Assembly: GCA_964016885.1 (NCBI GenBank)
Contig: CAXHJY010000109.1
Coordinates: 1-64,000 of the forward strand
Direction: 5' to 3'
Source: Eledone cirrhosa
Taxonomy: Eukaryota
Length of the DNA: 64,000 bases
Shown here: positions 1-21,146 of the stretch, one piece after another
Layout of the letters: every line of letters begins with the position of its first letter
Numbering within the stretch: position 1 is the stretch's first letter
Translations under genes and position numbers: made by a program
The notes under the pieces: generated by a model
Database searches by the model: none
Seen by the model: only the letters and a program-made list of their open reading frames with translations
Told to the model about the DNA's origin: nothing

Positions 1-179
1 TATGTTCGTGTAGGTGTTTGTGTGTGTATGACTTTATATGTATGTGTGTATGTGTGTATGCGTATATATTTCTATGCGTGTGTACATGTATGTATGTGTG
101 TGTATGTGTGTGTATGTGTATATGTATGTGTATATATATATATATATATGTTATATATATATATGTGTATATATATATC

Positions 180-212
<33 letters not shown>

Positions 213-534
213 CTATATGTTTTTCTATTTGTATATGTATGTGTGTATAGGTATATACCTTTCTCTTTGTATTTCTAAGTTGTGTGATAGTGTACTGGTG
301 TTTGTATGTATATACCGATATATAGATGCGTAAGTATTTGTCTGTATGTATATATGTAAGTCTGTATATATTTGTGTGTATATATAGCTATGTATGTGTA
401 TATCTGTATGTATATTAGTATGTAAGTGTTGTATATGTGCATGTATGTGTGTGGTTATATATATGTGCGTCTATATAGTATGTGTGATTATATGTATATG
501 TGTGTGTATATGTACGTGTATATACATATATGTG

Positions 535-573
<39 letters not shown>

Positions 574-775
574 GTATATATATATGTGTATTTGTGCGTA
601 TATGTGTATATGTATGTATGTGTGTATATGTTTATGTATATGTTTATATATGTGTGTGTATGTATGTTCTTAGTGTGGATGTGTGTATATGTATGTATGT
701 GTTTGTATATGTGTGTATATTTTATGTATGTGTGTGTGTGTGTCTATGTGTATATATATGTATATTGTATATATA

Positions 776-814
<39 letters not shown>

Positions 815-950
815 ATATATGTATGTATATATATATATATATATGTATATTTTCTTGATATATTTCTTTTTTCTTTTTTCTTTTTTCTTTTTTTTTCTTT
901 TTTCTTTCTATTCTTTCCTCTTTAATGTTTTTTTATTATTTTTATTTTCT
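1..950. repeat. (TG)n/(TA)n compound microsatellite followed by a T-rich low-complexity tract
   Basis: Simple repeat visible directly; overlapping ORFs are Y/I/C/V/M artefacts. Confidence 0.95.
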
Positions 951-1494
951 TAGTTTATAGATACATCTATATTAGGCAGTCTGCTCAGACCGTTGAATAC
1001 TGACCTCTCCCCCCCCCCCTCCCACCTAATTTCTGTATCTTGATCTAAAAATGTGTGTGCCAGTGTTTTATGTGAGTGAATTAATATCCATGTGCTTATG
1101 ATTTTATATCCACATATATAAATGTGAGTGGGGGTGTGTGTGTGTTTGTATGTTCGTGGTTATGTGTATATTTATGCATATACGCGCGTGTATGTGTGAT
1201 TGTACGGATAAGTGTGAGTATGAAAAAATATATTTATATTTCATACTTGTGTCAATACGCATCTTATCTGTGCATTATAAACTTACAGAGACATTAACCT
1301 TGAAATTTTGTATTTGCATCCATCCTTTTAGTATGCGTATACAAATTATACATACATTTTTGTAAAATATGTGTAAGGGTTTTACATGTATATACACACA
1401 CCGAACTGCATTTAACCCTTTGTGTTTTCATTGGTCAATTTTGTTCCCAAACGGACCTGAAATTTTGAATTGTTGTTATTATCAATAAATATAC

Positions 1495-1648
1495 TTCATT
1501 ATTTCTGAAGACGGCGTATATATGTGTTGGTATGTATATTTAATCTTGATAATTTGTATAATTTTGTATAATTTTGTACATAGATCTGTTGAATATGCAT
1601 ACCAATTCTAACACATATATATCCTAGAAACGATCGTTAAATAATGAA
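1495..1648 (+). ncRNA. Type I hammerhead ribozyme with very long (~115 nt) stem II
   Basis: TTCATTATTT (1495-1504), CTGAAGA (1505-1511), long hairpin, GAAA (1627-1630), CGATCG, TT, AAATAATGAA (1639-1648). Stem I is a perfect 10 bp; the stem III insert is palindromic. Confidence 0.8.
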
Positions 1649-1832
1649 CTTTTTTTGTTTAATATAAGGAATTGTTTATTCATTATTTGTTTAATATTTT
1701 ATCTTGACTCTGTATACCGTTTATCTTTCACCGAAAGTGATTTTTCATTACATCTCTTCTTTCCATGATATCCGGAATACATTGAGTTCTTCATACGGAT
1801 TGGACACTACCGTAAACTCTTGGTAGATTTAT

Positions 1833-5462
<3,630 letters not shown>

Positions 5463-5464
<2 letters not shown>

Positions 5465-5645
5465 AAAGAAATTTTAGTCTGATAATAGGATTTAGAACAG
5501 ATAAATGGAATTCAGATAAATGGAAAAAGATGAGTATTGACGTACATGGGAGTTAATACTCATCTTTTTCCATTTATCTGAGGGTTCTAGACCCCATTAT
5601 CAGACTAAAATTTCTTTAGTCAAAAATACGGTGAAAGCTATTGTA
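5463..5645 (+). repeat. Long hairpin element, copy 1 (probable hammerhead 3' half: long stem II + GAAA-GCTA-TT)
   Basis: ACTAAAGAAATTTTAGTCTGATAAT...GAGTATTGAC pairs with GTTAATACTC...ATTATCAGACTAAAATTTCTTTAGT, then CGGTGAAAGCTATT. Near-identical copy at 9331-9497. Confidence 0.75.
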
Positions 5646-5658
5646 TATATATATATAT

Positions 5659-6153
5659 GTGACTTTGGACATCCTGCAGGACTAAAAACAAAACCTGTCA
5701 AAGGGTAAAGGAGCTCTTAAGAGTCAATGCCATCCAAAATCACCGGGAGAGATGACCCCTTAGCCTTTGTCAAGGCAGAATTCTAGGAGAAGGAAAACTC
5801 TGATATAACACCTGCAACCCTGATGGTATCCAATGATGTTGAATTGTTCTTCTTTTTGGTAAATATCATCTTGGTTAAGAGAGTGGGACTGGCTTTGTGC
5901 AGTGCCTTTGCTCACTATAAAAGCTTCACAGCACAGGCATTGCTTTATATCTGGAGATCTCTCTGCACTTGTCGTCACATGGTACCATGGGCCCAGCACT
6001 ATGTGTCAATAATTGTCACAAGTGTAGTGTTTGTACCAGAGTTTTCAAGTCGCTGGCTGGACTAAAAAGTCACATTCGTTCAGCGCATTGGTAGAGGTTC
6101 TCCTACATGGATATAAAGTAGTGGCCGTACTCGAAAACGAGTTGGCAGCCACC
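5659..6153 (+). mobile_element. RTE-like LINE remnant with C-terminal C2H2 finger and 3' stem-loop
   Basis: 6002-6094 reads [30 protein letters not shown], like the C2H2 tail of RTE ORFs. It is followed by the hairpin ACTCGAAAACGAGT. CTAGGAGAAGGAAAACTCTGA near 5782 resembles RTE 5' UTR sequence. Both ends are in TA repeats. Confidence 0.55.
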
Positions 6154-6180
6154 ATATGTATATGTATGTATATATATATG

Positions 6181-6560
<380 letters not shown>

Positions 6561-6563
6561 TGC

Positions 6564-6738
<175 letters not shown>

Positions 6739-6776
6739 CAAACCTGCTCACTGTTTCAAAACATATTTTACTTGTC

Positions 6777-6807
<31 letters not shown>

Positions 6808-6902
6808 CATATATATATACATATATATATACATATACATATACATATATATATACATATATATATACATATATATATATACATATATATATATACATAT
6901 AT

Positions 6903-6937
<35 letters not shown>

Positions 6938-7007
6938 TATATTAGTTTTGCGAGGTTTTTTATATGAAATCGTGTGTCGAAACAGATATTGTTATATTTG
7001 GGGAGGG

Positions 7008-7908
7008 TCATACCTGATACTCAAAAACTCAGCAATGTCCAGTAGTGCTAAGTTTAATATTCTGATCGCAGATTTGGTACGAGTGATGAAGAATGTGTCC
7101 AGTATGTGCGACCCAACAGAAATGGAAAGACACATCCAACACTTCATCAACCGCATGCAGTTCTCTGGCTACAACCAAAGAGACAGAGTCAGAGTATACG
7201 AAGGAGCCATGGAAAAGTATAAGACCCTCATAGAACTGGACATGAAAGGAATTTGCCCACTATACAGGAGCAAATCATGGAATAGCTTAGATAGGGCTAG
7301 ACATAAGATAGGGAAGGCCACATCATGGTACGACAACCAGAGATATCAGAGTGTCATGTTTGTGGACGCCACCCCTGGAGGGAAATTAGCTAACCAGTGT
7401 AGAAAGGCCCTGAGAAAGACCCACTTAAAAATAAAGGTGGTAGAAAAGCCAGGAACCACCATAAAATCCCTGATCAGCAAAACCTACCCTTTTAAGAAAA
7501 CCCACTGTACCAATAGGAAATGTATCATATGTAAGGTGAACCCCCGGATAAACTGTAAAACTAGAAACGTAGTCTATAGCATAAGATGTACAGAGGGTAC
7601 TTGCAGAAACACGACAACAACATACATAGGTGAGACAGCTCGTAGCATAGGTGAAAGGATAGACCAACACTGGGGGAACTAAAGGACGAAAAAACGGGTC
7701 AGTACTATACGAACATGCTAGACAACATCATGACGGTAACATAGACAACATAGAAATTAGAATAATATCTAAACATAGGAATGACCCAGCAGATAGGCAA
7801 ATCAGAGAGGCCAGTGAAATAGAAATTAGAAGACCAAAGCTAAACAGAAAGAATGAGTGGAACAACAACAACACCCAAACAAACAACACTGACCTAAGAG
7901 AAGTATAA
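7008..7908 (+). pseudogene. Penelope-like RT thumb and GIY-YIG endonuclease, one frameshift near 7680
   Basis: Reads [13 protein letters not shown]...RMQFSGY...CPLYRSKSW...[13 protein letters not shown]...KVVEKPG...CTNRKCIIC...NVVYSIRC...[16 protein letters not shown], then in a shifted frame SVLYEHARQHHDG...RQIREASEI...KLNRKNEW, stop at 7906-7908. Confidence 0.92.
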
Positions 7909-8174
7909 ATAAATAAGTAAATTAAATTAAATAAAATAAGATAAATAAATACATACACAAGCACATAAACACACACTAGTCACCCAGCAGACAACACTAT
8001 ACACACTAGTCACACATCACACATAACACTATACACACACGCAAACGCATGCGCAAAGAAGACAAAATAAAATAAGATAAACAAACAAGCAAATAAATAA
8101 ATAAATATATAGACAGACTGAACAAAAAAAATGGCGTAGACATACAACACAACAGGAGGAACAATGAATATAAC

Positions 8175-8216
8175 ACCACTGACGATGTTGCAGATGTGCA
8201 ACGAAAGATTTATGTA
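8175..8216 (+). ncRNA. Minimal hammerhead motif in the Penelope pseudo-LTR
   Basis: CTGACGA (8179-8185), T, GTTGCA GATG TGCAAC, GAAA (8203-8206), GATT, TA. Stem I is weak. Confidence 0.65.
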
Positions 8217-8426
8217 AACTATATATATATGTGTTTGTCTATATTGTATCTGTATTATTTTTGACCGCCGGTCAGTCAATGGCAACATTGAGGACCGAGT
8301 AAGTTAGATCGCAGATATATATATATAAAAGACAGCGAGAAGCGAAAACCAACCAAACAGTGAGTGTGTTCTGTTATTAATTCTGGCAATATTACGCAAA
8401 TATGACCCTCCCCAAATATAACAATA

Positions 8427-12393
<3,967 letters not shown>

Positions 12394-12535
12394 AACGAAG
12401 GAAATGTGGTAAGGAACCAGGTGGACCATAACGCACCAAAGTGCTCAATACTTAGGGTAGAAGAGTGGGTAATAGGAACGAGTAGGACCCCGACGGTTGA
12501 GCTCAAGCCGTTTCGACGGCTAATTCTGGACTAAA
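12394..12535 (-). mobile_element. Short TA-inserted element with hammerhead 3' half ('GACTAA-TTAGTC' family), single-arm copy
   Basis: Reverse complement of 57066-57207 and 33798-33938; ends exactly at the palindrome axis of the other copies. Confidence 0.8.
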
Positions 12536-12761
12536 AAAAAAAAGAAGGAATGCTACGACGAAGTTTGTGCCAAGCACTGAAGGGCGGAGTTACCCGAGAG
12601 TATGGTGAACCACACTTTCCTAAGATACCACTCCCTGGGAGATAACAAACCTATGCCTTCCTGATTACGAAAGGAGTTTCTTACCCATTCAATCATGCTG
12701 CGAATTAGTATACCGAATATATTTAACTTTAGGGGCCAATACTATATTTCTGTGTCTCATG

Positions 12762-12952
12762 GGGGATTGGCAGTATAGGTAGAGAGTCGGACGCCATGCT
12801 TTGCAGCAGAGAGTTACGGCCCTTTGTGTGGGAATTCAAATCCCGCTGAGGTTAACTTTGCCTTTCATCCTTATGGGGGTCGATAAAATAAAGTACCAGT
12901 AATGCACTGGGATAATTGCTGGCCTTGTGCCAGAAGTAGAAACAATTATTAC
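12762..12952 (+). mobile_element. tRNA-derived SINE (family A)
   Basis: B-box-like ATTCAAATCCCG and body GAGGTTAACTTTGCCTTTCATCC...GGTCGATAAAATAAAGTACCAG, shared with >10 dispersed copies in the window. Confidence 0.8.
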
Positions 12953-15468
12953 AAAATAAAGTACCAGTAATACACTGGGATAATTGCTGGCCTTGTGCCA
13001 AAAGTAGAAACAGTTATTACAAAATAAAGTACCAGTAATACACTGGGATAATTGCTGGCCTTGTGCCAAAAGTAGAAACAATTATTACAAAATAAAGTAC
13101 CAGTAATACACTGGGATATTTGCTGGCCTTGTGCCAAAAGTAGAAACAATTATTACAAAATAAAGTACCAGTAATACACTAGGATAATTGCTGGCCTTGT
13201 GCCAAAAGTAGAAACAGTTATTACAAAATAAAGTACCAGTAATACACTGGAATAATTGCTGGCCTTGTGCCAAAAGTAGAAACAATTATTACAAAATTAA
13301 GAACCAGTAATACACTGGAATAATTGCTGGCCTTGTGCCAGAAGTAGAAACAATTATTACAAAATAAAGTACCAGTAATACACTGGGATAATTGCTGGCC
13401 TTGTGCCAGAAGTAGAAACAATTATTACAAAATAAAGTATCGGTAATACACTGGAATAATTGCTGGCCTTGTGCCAAAAGTAGAAACAATTATTACAAAA
13501 TAAAGTACCAGTAATACACTGGGATAATTGCTGGCCTTGTGCCAAAAGTAGAAACAATTATTACAAAATAAAGTACCAGTAATACACTAGGATAATTGCT
13601 GGCCTTGTGCCAAAAGTAGAAACAGTTATTACAAAATAAAGTACCAGTAATACACTGGGATAATTGCTGGCCTTGTGCCAAAAGTAGAAACAATTATTAC
13701 AAAATTAAGAACCAGTAATACACTGGGATAATTGCTGGCCTTGTGCCAGAAGTAAAAACAATTATTACAAAATTAAATACCAGTAATACACTGGGATAAT
13801 TGCTGGCCTTGTGCCAGAAGTAGAAACAATTATTACAAAATAAAGTACCAGTAATACACTGGGATAATTGCTGGCCTTGTGCCAGAAGTAGAAACAATTA
13901 TTACAAAATAAAGTATCGGTAATACACTGGAATAATTGCTGGCCTTGTGCCAAAAGTAGAAACAATTATTACAAAATAAAGTACCAGTAATACACTGGGA
14001 TAATTGCTGGCCTTGTGCCAAAAGTAGAAACAATTATTACAAAATAAAGTACCAGTAATACACTAGGATAATTGCTGGCCTTGTGCCAAAAGTAGAAACA
14101 GTTATTACAAAATAAAGTACCAGTAATACACTGGGATAATTGCTGGCCTTGTGCCAAAAGTAGAAACAATTATTACAAAATTAAGAACCAGTAATACACT
14201 GGGATAATTGCTGACCTTGTGCCAGAAGTAGAAACAATTATTACAAAATAAAGTACCAGTAATACACTGGGATAATTGCTGGCCTTGTGCCAGAAGTAGA
14301 AACAATTATTACAAAATAAAGTACCGGTAATACACTGGAATAATTGCTGGCCTTGTGCCAAAAGTAGAAACAATTATTACAAAATAAAGTACCAGTAATA
14401 CACTGGGATAATTGCTGGCTTTGTGCCAAAAGTAGAAACAATTATTACAAAATAAAGTACCAGTAATACACTAGGGTAATTGCTGGCCTTGTGCCAGAAG
14501 TAGAAACAATTATTACAAAATAAAGTACCAGTAATGCACTGGGATAATTGCTGGCCTTGTGCCAGAAGTAGAAACAATTATTACAAAATAAAGTACCAGT
14601 AATACACTGGGATAATTGCTGGCCTTGTGCCAGAAGTAAAAACAATTATTACAAAATAAAGTACCAGCAATACACTGGGATAATTGCTGGCCTTGTGCCA
14701 AAAGTAGAAACAGTTATTACAAAATAAAGTACCAGTAATACACTAGGATAATTGCTTGCCTTGTGCCAAAAGTAGAAACAATTATTACAAAATAAAGTAC
14801 CAGTAATACACTAGGATAATTGCTGGCCTTGTGCCAAAAGTAGAAACAGTTATTACAAAATAAAGTACCAGTAATACACTAGGATAATTGCTGGCCTTGT
14901 GCCAAAAGAAGAAACAATTATTACAAAATAAAGTACCAGTAATACACTAGGATAATTGCTGGCCTTGTGCCAAAAGTAGAAACAGTTATTACAAAATAAA
15001 GTACCAGTAATACACTGGGATAATTGCTGGCCTTGTGCCAAAAGTAGAAACAATTATTACAAAATAAAGTACCAGTAATACACTGGGATAATTGCTGGCC
15101 TTGTGCCAAAAGTAGAAACAATTATTACAAAATTAAATACCAGTAATACACTGGGATAATTGCTGGCCTTGTGCCAGAAGTAGAAACAATTATTACAAAA
15201 TAAAGTACCAGTAATACACTGGGATAATTGCTGGCCTTGTGCCAGAAGTAGAAACAATTATTACAAAATAAAGTACCAGTAATACACTGGGATAATTGCT
15301 GGCCTTGTGCCAAAAGTAGAAACAATTATTACAAAATAAAGTACCAGTAATACACTGGGATAATTGCTGGCCTTGTGCCAGAAGTAGAAACAATTATTAC
15401 AAAATAAAGTACCAGTAATACACTGGAATAATTGCTGGCCTTGTGCCAGAAGTAGAAACAATTATTAC
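12885..15468 (+). repeat. 68-bp tandem satellite, 38 copies, amplified from the SINE 3' end
   Basis: Unit AAAATAAAGTACCAGTAATACACTGGGATAATTGCTGGCCTTGTGCCAAAAGTAGAAACAATTATTAC; 2584 bp = 38 x 68. Confidence 0.97.
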
Positions 15469-15506
15469 ATGATTGGTGGTGTTTAAAATACAGTGTACTT
15501 TCCTGA

Positions 15507-15780
15507 AGGCGGCGAATTGGCAGAATCGTTAGAACGTTGGATAGAATACCTTTCGGTATTTGTTTCATCTCTCTGCTCACTGAGTTCAAATCCTGCTGAG
15601 ATCAACTTTACCTTTCATCCATTCGAGGTCGATAAAAAAAAGTACCAGTCTAATACTGCGGTTTATTCTTCCTCTATACCTCTTTCTCACTTCCACTCTC
15701 TCACACTCCTTCCTTCTCTGGAAGAAATCTGCTGTATTCAGACCTGGCGAGGAGATGGGCTCCCCTAGGTTTAAGAATGC
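15507..15780 (+). mobile_element. tRNA-derived SINE (family A head, alternative tail)
   Basis: GGCGGCGAATTGGCAGAATCGTTAG...CTGAGTTCAAATCCTGC; tail GAAGAAATCTGCTGTATTCAGACCTGG shared with 52071-52345. Confidence 0.75.
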
Positions 15781-16329
15781 CCTCGAAATTCTTCCATATG
15801 TCTACATGGCACACCCCCCCCCCCCCCCCACCCCACGACACACGACTTATGAGCCCGTTCAAGCATACTTTCCATAACGCTACCAGTGTACTTACAAACG
15901 TAGCAGTACAACAGCAGCTCGCATTATCTTTCGCCTCCTCCTTTATACAGAAACGGCTTTTGTAATGATTCAGAGAATATTTTGTTTTGTTTCAACAAGA
16001 TGTAAAGAACGCCTTGAAACAAGAGGCAAGAAGTGAATTAATTGAATTTGCAGACCAGATTGAATTCCCGATTGCATATTATTTTCAATCACATATTCTA
16101 GGAACTCTTTTGGGAAAGATAGGATCGCCAAACAGTCTCCTTCGTTGTCTCTCTTTAAATATGTTATCTCGTTTCTCCATAAGAAAGTAATAATTCCAAC
16201 TAAAGCAAGGTGTTAAACGTTGATTTTTAGTAATATTCCTGGAATAGATATCAACAAGAAGCATTCTATTGGCTTTTCACCTAAATATATTGTGTTTATG
16301 TCTAGTCAATCGTAATCATTATATTTGAA

Positions 16330-16690
16330 TGGCCCAGTGGTAAGGCGGTTGGATTACGATCATGATGTCGTGGGTTCGATTCCTGGACTCAGTTCTGTGT
16401 TGCGTTCAGATCACGTTCCTAGAATGGTAAGGGTGTTGGAATTATGATCATAATGTCGTGGGTTCGATTCCTGTACTCGGTTGTGTGTTGTGTTCTCGAG
16501 CAAAACACTTCATTTCACGTTGCTCCATTATACTCAGCTGAAAATGGAAACCACCAATACCTGGAAGTTTAACTCTGCGATGGATTGGCGTCCTGTCCAG
16601 GGAGGAGTTTTGTACTCTCAGTCGTTTCTACCCGGAAAGTATTGTACACTCAGTACTTATCCACGGAGACCGGGCTCATGGCAGACTTTA
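16330..16690 (+). mobile_element. tRNA-derived SINE (family B) with duplicated tRNA head
   Basis: A box TGGCCCAGTGG; B box GGTTCGATTCC twice (~16373, ~16462); core GAGCAAAACACTTCATTTCACGTTGCTCC; tail CTGCGATGGATTGGCGTCCTGTCCAGGG. Confidence 0.8.
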
Positions 16691-16809
16691 GAGATCTAGA
16701 AGTAGCAGACGTTGTAGAGAGGAGTTGAAGTGTAAATAGTTTGAATTCACAAAACAGTTCCGTTTCTAGTGTTGATGATGGCAAAGTCGAATATATTTAA
16801 TATATTTAA

Positions 16810-17032
16810 CCCTTTAGCATTTACATTACTCTATATTTACTGTTGGATTTTTTACGGTAAACACTTTATTTCACATAATTATCTCGCATAATATCGAATC
16901 TACGAGATATTGATATTATTTATTTTGAGAACAATACCTTAACATCAGTATAAGAGGCTGGGAAATAGCCGGTTTGAACTGAAAGAGGTGAGAAAATTCT
17001 GGCCTGATTTGGCCGGTTTAAATGCTAAAGGG
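16810..17032. mobile_element. piggyBac-type MITE
   Basis: 14-bp TIRs CCCTTTAGCATTTA (16810-16823) / TAAATGCTAAAGGG (17019-17032), flanked by TTAA on both sides. Confidence 0.85.
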
Positions 17033-17212
17033 TTAATACACAGAACTGACCGATCAACTTAATTTAATTAAAAGTAATCTAGGTTTGGAAGAGTAAAGTG
17101 GTGGGAAAAGTACCACGAGAGTCCAATGAATCTTAACGATGCTCTACGATTCTACAAGATTACAGAGAAAACTATCAAAGAGTGCTGTAAATACTTTATC
17201 ATCCTCCGACCA

Positions 17213-17478
17213 CCGTGCATTACTGGTACTGTATTTTATCAACAACGGAAGGATGAAAAGCAAAGCTAACCTTGGCGAGATTTGGACTCAGAACGTAAAG
17301 GGCTTGAATACTGCGTTTTTTTACAACAATAATTGTTTCTACTTTTGGCACAAGGCCAGCAATTACCCAGTACATTACTGGTACTTTATTTTATCGACCC
17401 CGTAAGGATGAAAGGCAAAGTTAACCTCGGCGGGATTTGAACTCAGAATGGCAAGGGCCGCAACTCTATGCGTCAAAG
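17213..17478 (-). mobile_element. Two tandem partial SINE family A copies
   Basis: CATTACTGGTACT...GGATGAAA(G)GCAAAG.TAACCT.GGCG.GATTTG.ACTCAGAA occurs twice. Confidence 0.75.
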
Positions 17479-17514
17479 TAACAATAATGACATCGCAACA
17501 GTATAGACAACATC

Positions 17515-19872
17515 AACATCATCGACAACAGCACCATCAACACCATCAACATCAACAAGATCATCACAACACCAACAACACCATCAACAGCAACACGAAC
17601 AACACCACCAACACCAACAACAACAACACCATCAACAACAACACCAACAACATCAACAACACCAACAACTCCAACAACACCAACATCAACACCAACAACA
17701 CCAACATCAACACCAACAACAACAACAACATCAACACCATCAACAACACCAACACCAACACCAACAACATTAACACCAACAACACGAACATCAACAACAA
17801 CAACAACATCAACACCAACAACAACACCAACAACAACAACATCAACACCAACAACACCAACACCAACACCAACAACATCAACAACAACACCAACAACACC
17901 AACAACACCAACATCAACACCAACAACACCAACAACAACACCAACAACACCAACAACACCAACAACAACAACATCAACACCAACAACACCAACACCAACA
18001 ACACCAACATCAACACCAACAACATCAACAACAACACCAACAACACCAACAACACCAACAACAACACCAACAACACCAACATCAACAACACCAACATCAA
18101 CAACACCAACAACAACATCAACACCAACAACACCAACATCAACAACACCAACATCAACAACCCCAACACCAACAACAACACCAACAACACCAACACCAAC
18201 AACACCAACATCAACAACACCAACAACAACATCAACACCAACAACATCAACACCAACAACATCAACACCAACAACATCAACACCAACAACATCAATATCA
18301 ACAACATCAACACCAACAACAACAACAACATCAACACCAACAACATCAACACCAACAACATCAATATCAACAACATCAACACCAACAACAACAACAACAT
18401 CAACACCAACAACATCAATACCAACAACATCAATACCAACAACATCAACACCAACAACAACAACAACATCATCAACAACACCAACACCAACAACGCCAAC
18501 AACATCAACACCACCAACAACAACACCAACAACACCAACACCACCAACAACAACAACAACACCAACACCACCAACAACAACAACATCAACACCAACAACA
18601 ACAACACCAACAACATCAACACCACCAACAACAACACCAACACCACCAACACCAACAACAACACCACCAACACCAACACCAACAACAACACCACCACCAA
18701 CACCAACATCAACAACAACACCACCACCAACAACAACATCAACATCAACACCAACAACATCAACACCAACAACATCAACACCAACAACATCAACACCAAC
18801 AACAACAACACCAACAACAACAACAACATCAACAACATCAACACCAACAACAACAACACCAACAACAACAACACCAACACCACCACCAACAACAACAACA
18901 CCAACAACACCAACAACAACAACACCAACAACATCAACACCAACAACACCAACAACACCAACACCAACAACATCAACACCAACAACACCAACAACACCAA
19001 CAACATCAACACCAACAACACCAACAACACCAACACCAACAACAACACCAACAACACCAACAACAGCAAAAACAACACCACCAACACCAACACCAACAAC
19101 AACACCAACAACAACACCACCAACAACATCAACACCAACAACACCAACAACACCAACAACATCAACACCAACAACACCAACAACACCAACAACAACACCA
19201 CCACCAACAACAGCAAAAACAACACCACCAACACCAACACCAACAACAACACCAACAACAACAACACCAACAACATCAACACCAACAACACCAACAACAC
19301 CAACAACATCAACACCAACAACACCAACAACATCAACACCAACAACACCAACAACACCAACACCAACAACATCAACACCAACAACACCAACAACACCAAC
19401 AACATCAACACCAACAACACCAACAACACCAACACCAACAACAACACCACCACCAACAACAGCAAAAACAACACCACCAACACCAACACCAACAACAACA
19501 CCAACAACAACACCACCAACACCAACATCAACAACAACACCAACAACAACATCAACACCAACACCAACAACACCAACATCAACACCAACAACAACATCAA
19601 CACCAACAACAACAACAACAACACCAACAACATCAACACCACCAACAACAACACCAACAACAACAACAACCCCAACAACACCACCAACAACAACAACAGC
19701 CCCAACAACACCACCACCAACACCACCACCACCACCACCACCACCAACAACAACACCACCACCACCAACAACACCAGCCCCAACAAATCCATCAACCATC
19801 AACCACAACACCAACAACTCCAACACCAGCCCCAACAACAATATCATCATCATCATCATCATCATCAACATC
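17515..19872. repeat. (AAC/ACC/ATC)n trinucleotide array
   Basis: Directly visible; explains the 743-817 aa poly-N/T, poly-V/G and poly-L ORFs. Confidence 0.95.
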
Positions 19873-20152
19873 AAATACAAGACAGCCATGTCTACATCTA
19901 AACAGAATATATCTTCATCATAAAATGAAGATATATTCGTCGGTATAGTCAGCTACCTACCACAGGTAACACACCTGGTTGTCATTACGTAAGGTGTGTT
20001 ATTTAATTAAGTAGGATATTTCGTAGTTTTACATAAGAATCATTAACATAGCTCTAAGTACGTTGATTAATGTGGTTTTTGGGTCTCGTCTTCTATAGAG
20101 CGAGGGCGGGGGTGGCGCTGACAGCTTCTTCTTTACTTGATAACACCACAAG

Positions 20153-20190
<38 letters not shown>

Positions 20191-20217
20191 GTGTATATAT
20201 AAATATGTATATATATA

Positions 20218-20398
<181 letters not shown>

Positions 20399-20621
20399 GT
20401 GCATATATATATATATATATGTGTGTGTGCATATGTATATATATATATATATATATATATGCATATATATATATGTGTGCATATATATACATATATATAT
20501 ATATATATATGCATATATATATATATGTGTGCATATATATACATATATATATAGATATATAGATATATATATGCATATATATATATATGTGCATATATAT
20601 ATACATATATATATAGAGAGA

Positions 20622-20698
<77 letters not shown>

Positions 20699-21072
20699 TG
20701 GAAAAGTAGAAAACAATAACAAGGAGTACAGTTGCGAAAAGTGTTTGGGATTAGGTTCGCGCTTGAGAGTGGGATATATATATATATATATATAGTACAT
20801 TTCTTGTATATATCTGTGTTTATACGCATGTGATGTGTTCGTGTGTGTGTGAATATATATATATACATATACACATAATATACATATACACATAATCATA
20901 TATACATGTACATATATATATATACATAATACATATAATATATAGTAGTTAATATACATAATATACAATATATAATATATATATAGGATATATTATATAT
21001 AATATATATGTAGTATATAATATATATAATATATATATAATATATATATGTATCCATATATATCAGCGTTTA

Positions 21073-21146
<74 letters not shown>

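Larger units (their letters stand above)
6943..8426 (+). mobile_element. Penelope-like retroelement (probably Naiad-type), 5'-truncated, with inverted 5' segment and 3' pseudo-LTR
   Basis: RT-thumb + CX4CX2C + GIY-YIG coding sequence; hammerhead core at 8179; 26-bp inverted repeat 6987-7012 / 8401-8426; both ends in (TA)n. Confidence 0.9.

Noticed and set aside
6011-6094. C2H2 zinc-finger host exon
   Set aside because: Single finger followed by a stop, a short stem-loop and a TA tail, which fits a LINE (RTE) 3' end better.
12655-12680. CTGATTACGAAA as a hammerhead
   Set aside because: Core mismatch and no stem II.
12885-15468. CRISPR-like appearance of the tandem arrays (also 24858-27847, 43623-50399, 52440-53037)
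   Set aside because: Head-to-tail units with no unique spacers, no cas genes, and a eukaryotic context.
15987-16190. 67-aa unique-sequence ORF
   Set aside because: No recognisable homology or clear splice boundaries.
16330-16480. Possible tRNA genes
   Set aside because: A/B boxes continue into SINE body sequence; no intact cloverleaf.
17448-19901. 817-aa Asn/Thr-rich ORF and its antisense ORFs
   Set aside because: Trinucleotide array that is open in several frames; its ATG lies inside a SINE.
19905-19938. 14-bp perfect hairpin GAATATATCTTCAT/ATGAAGATATATTC
   Set aside because: Isolated and AT-rich, with no associated motif or second copy in the window.
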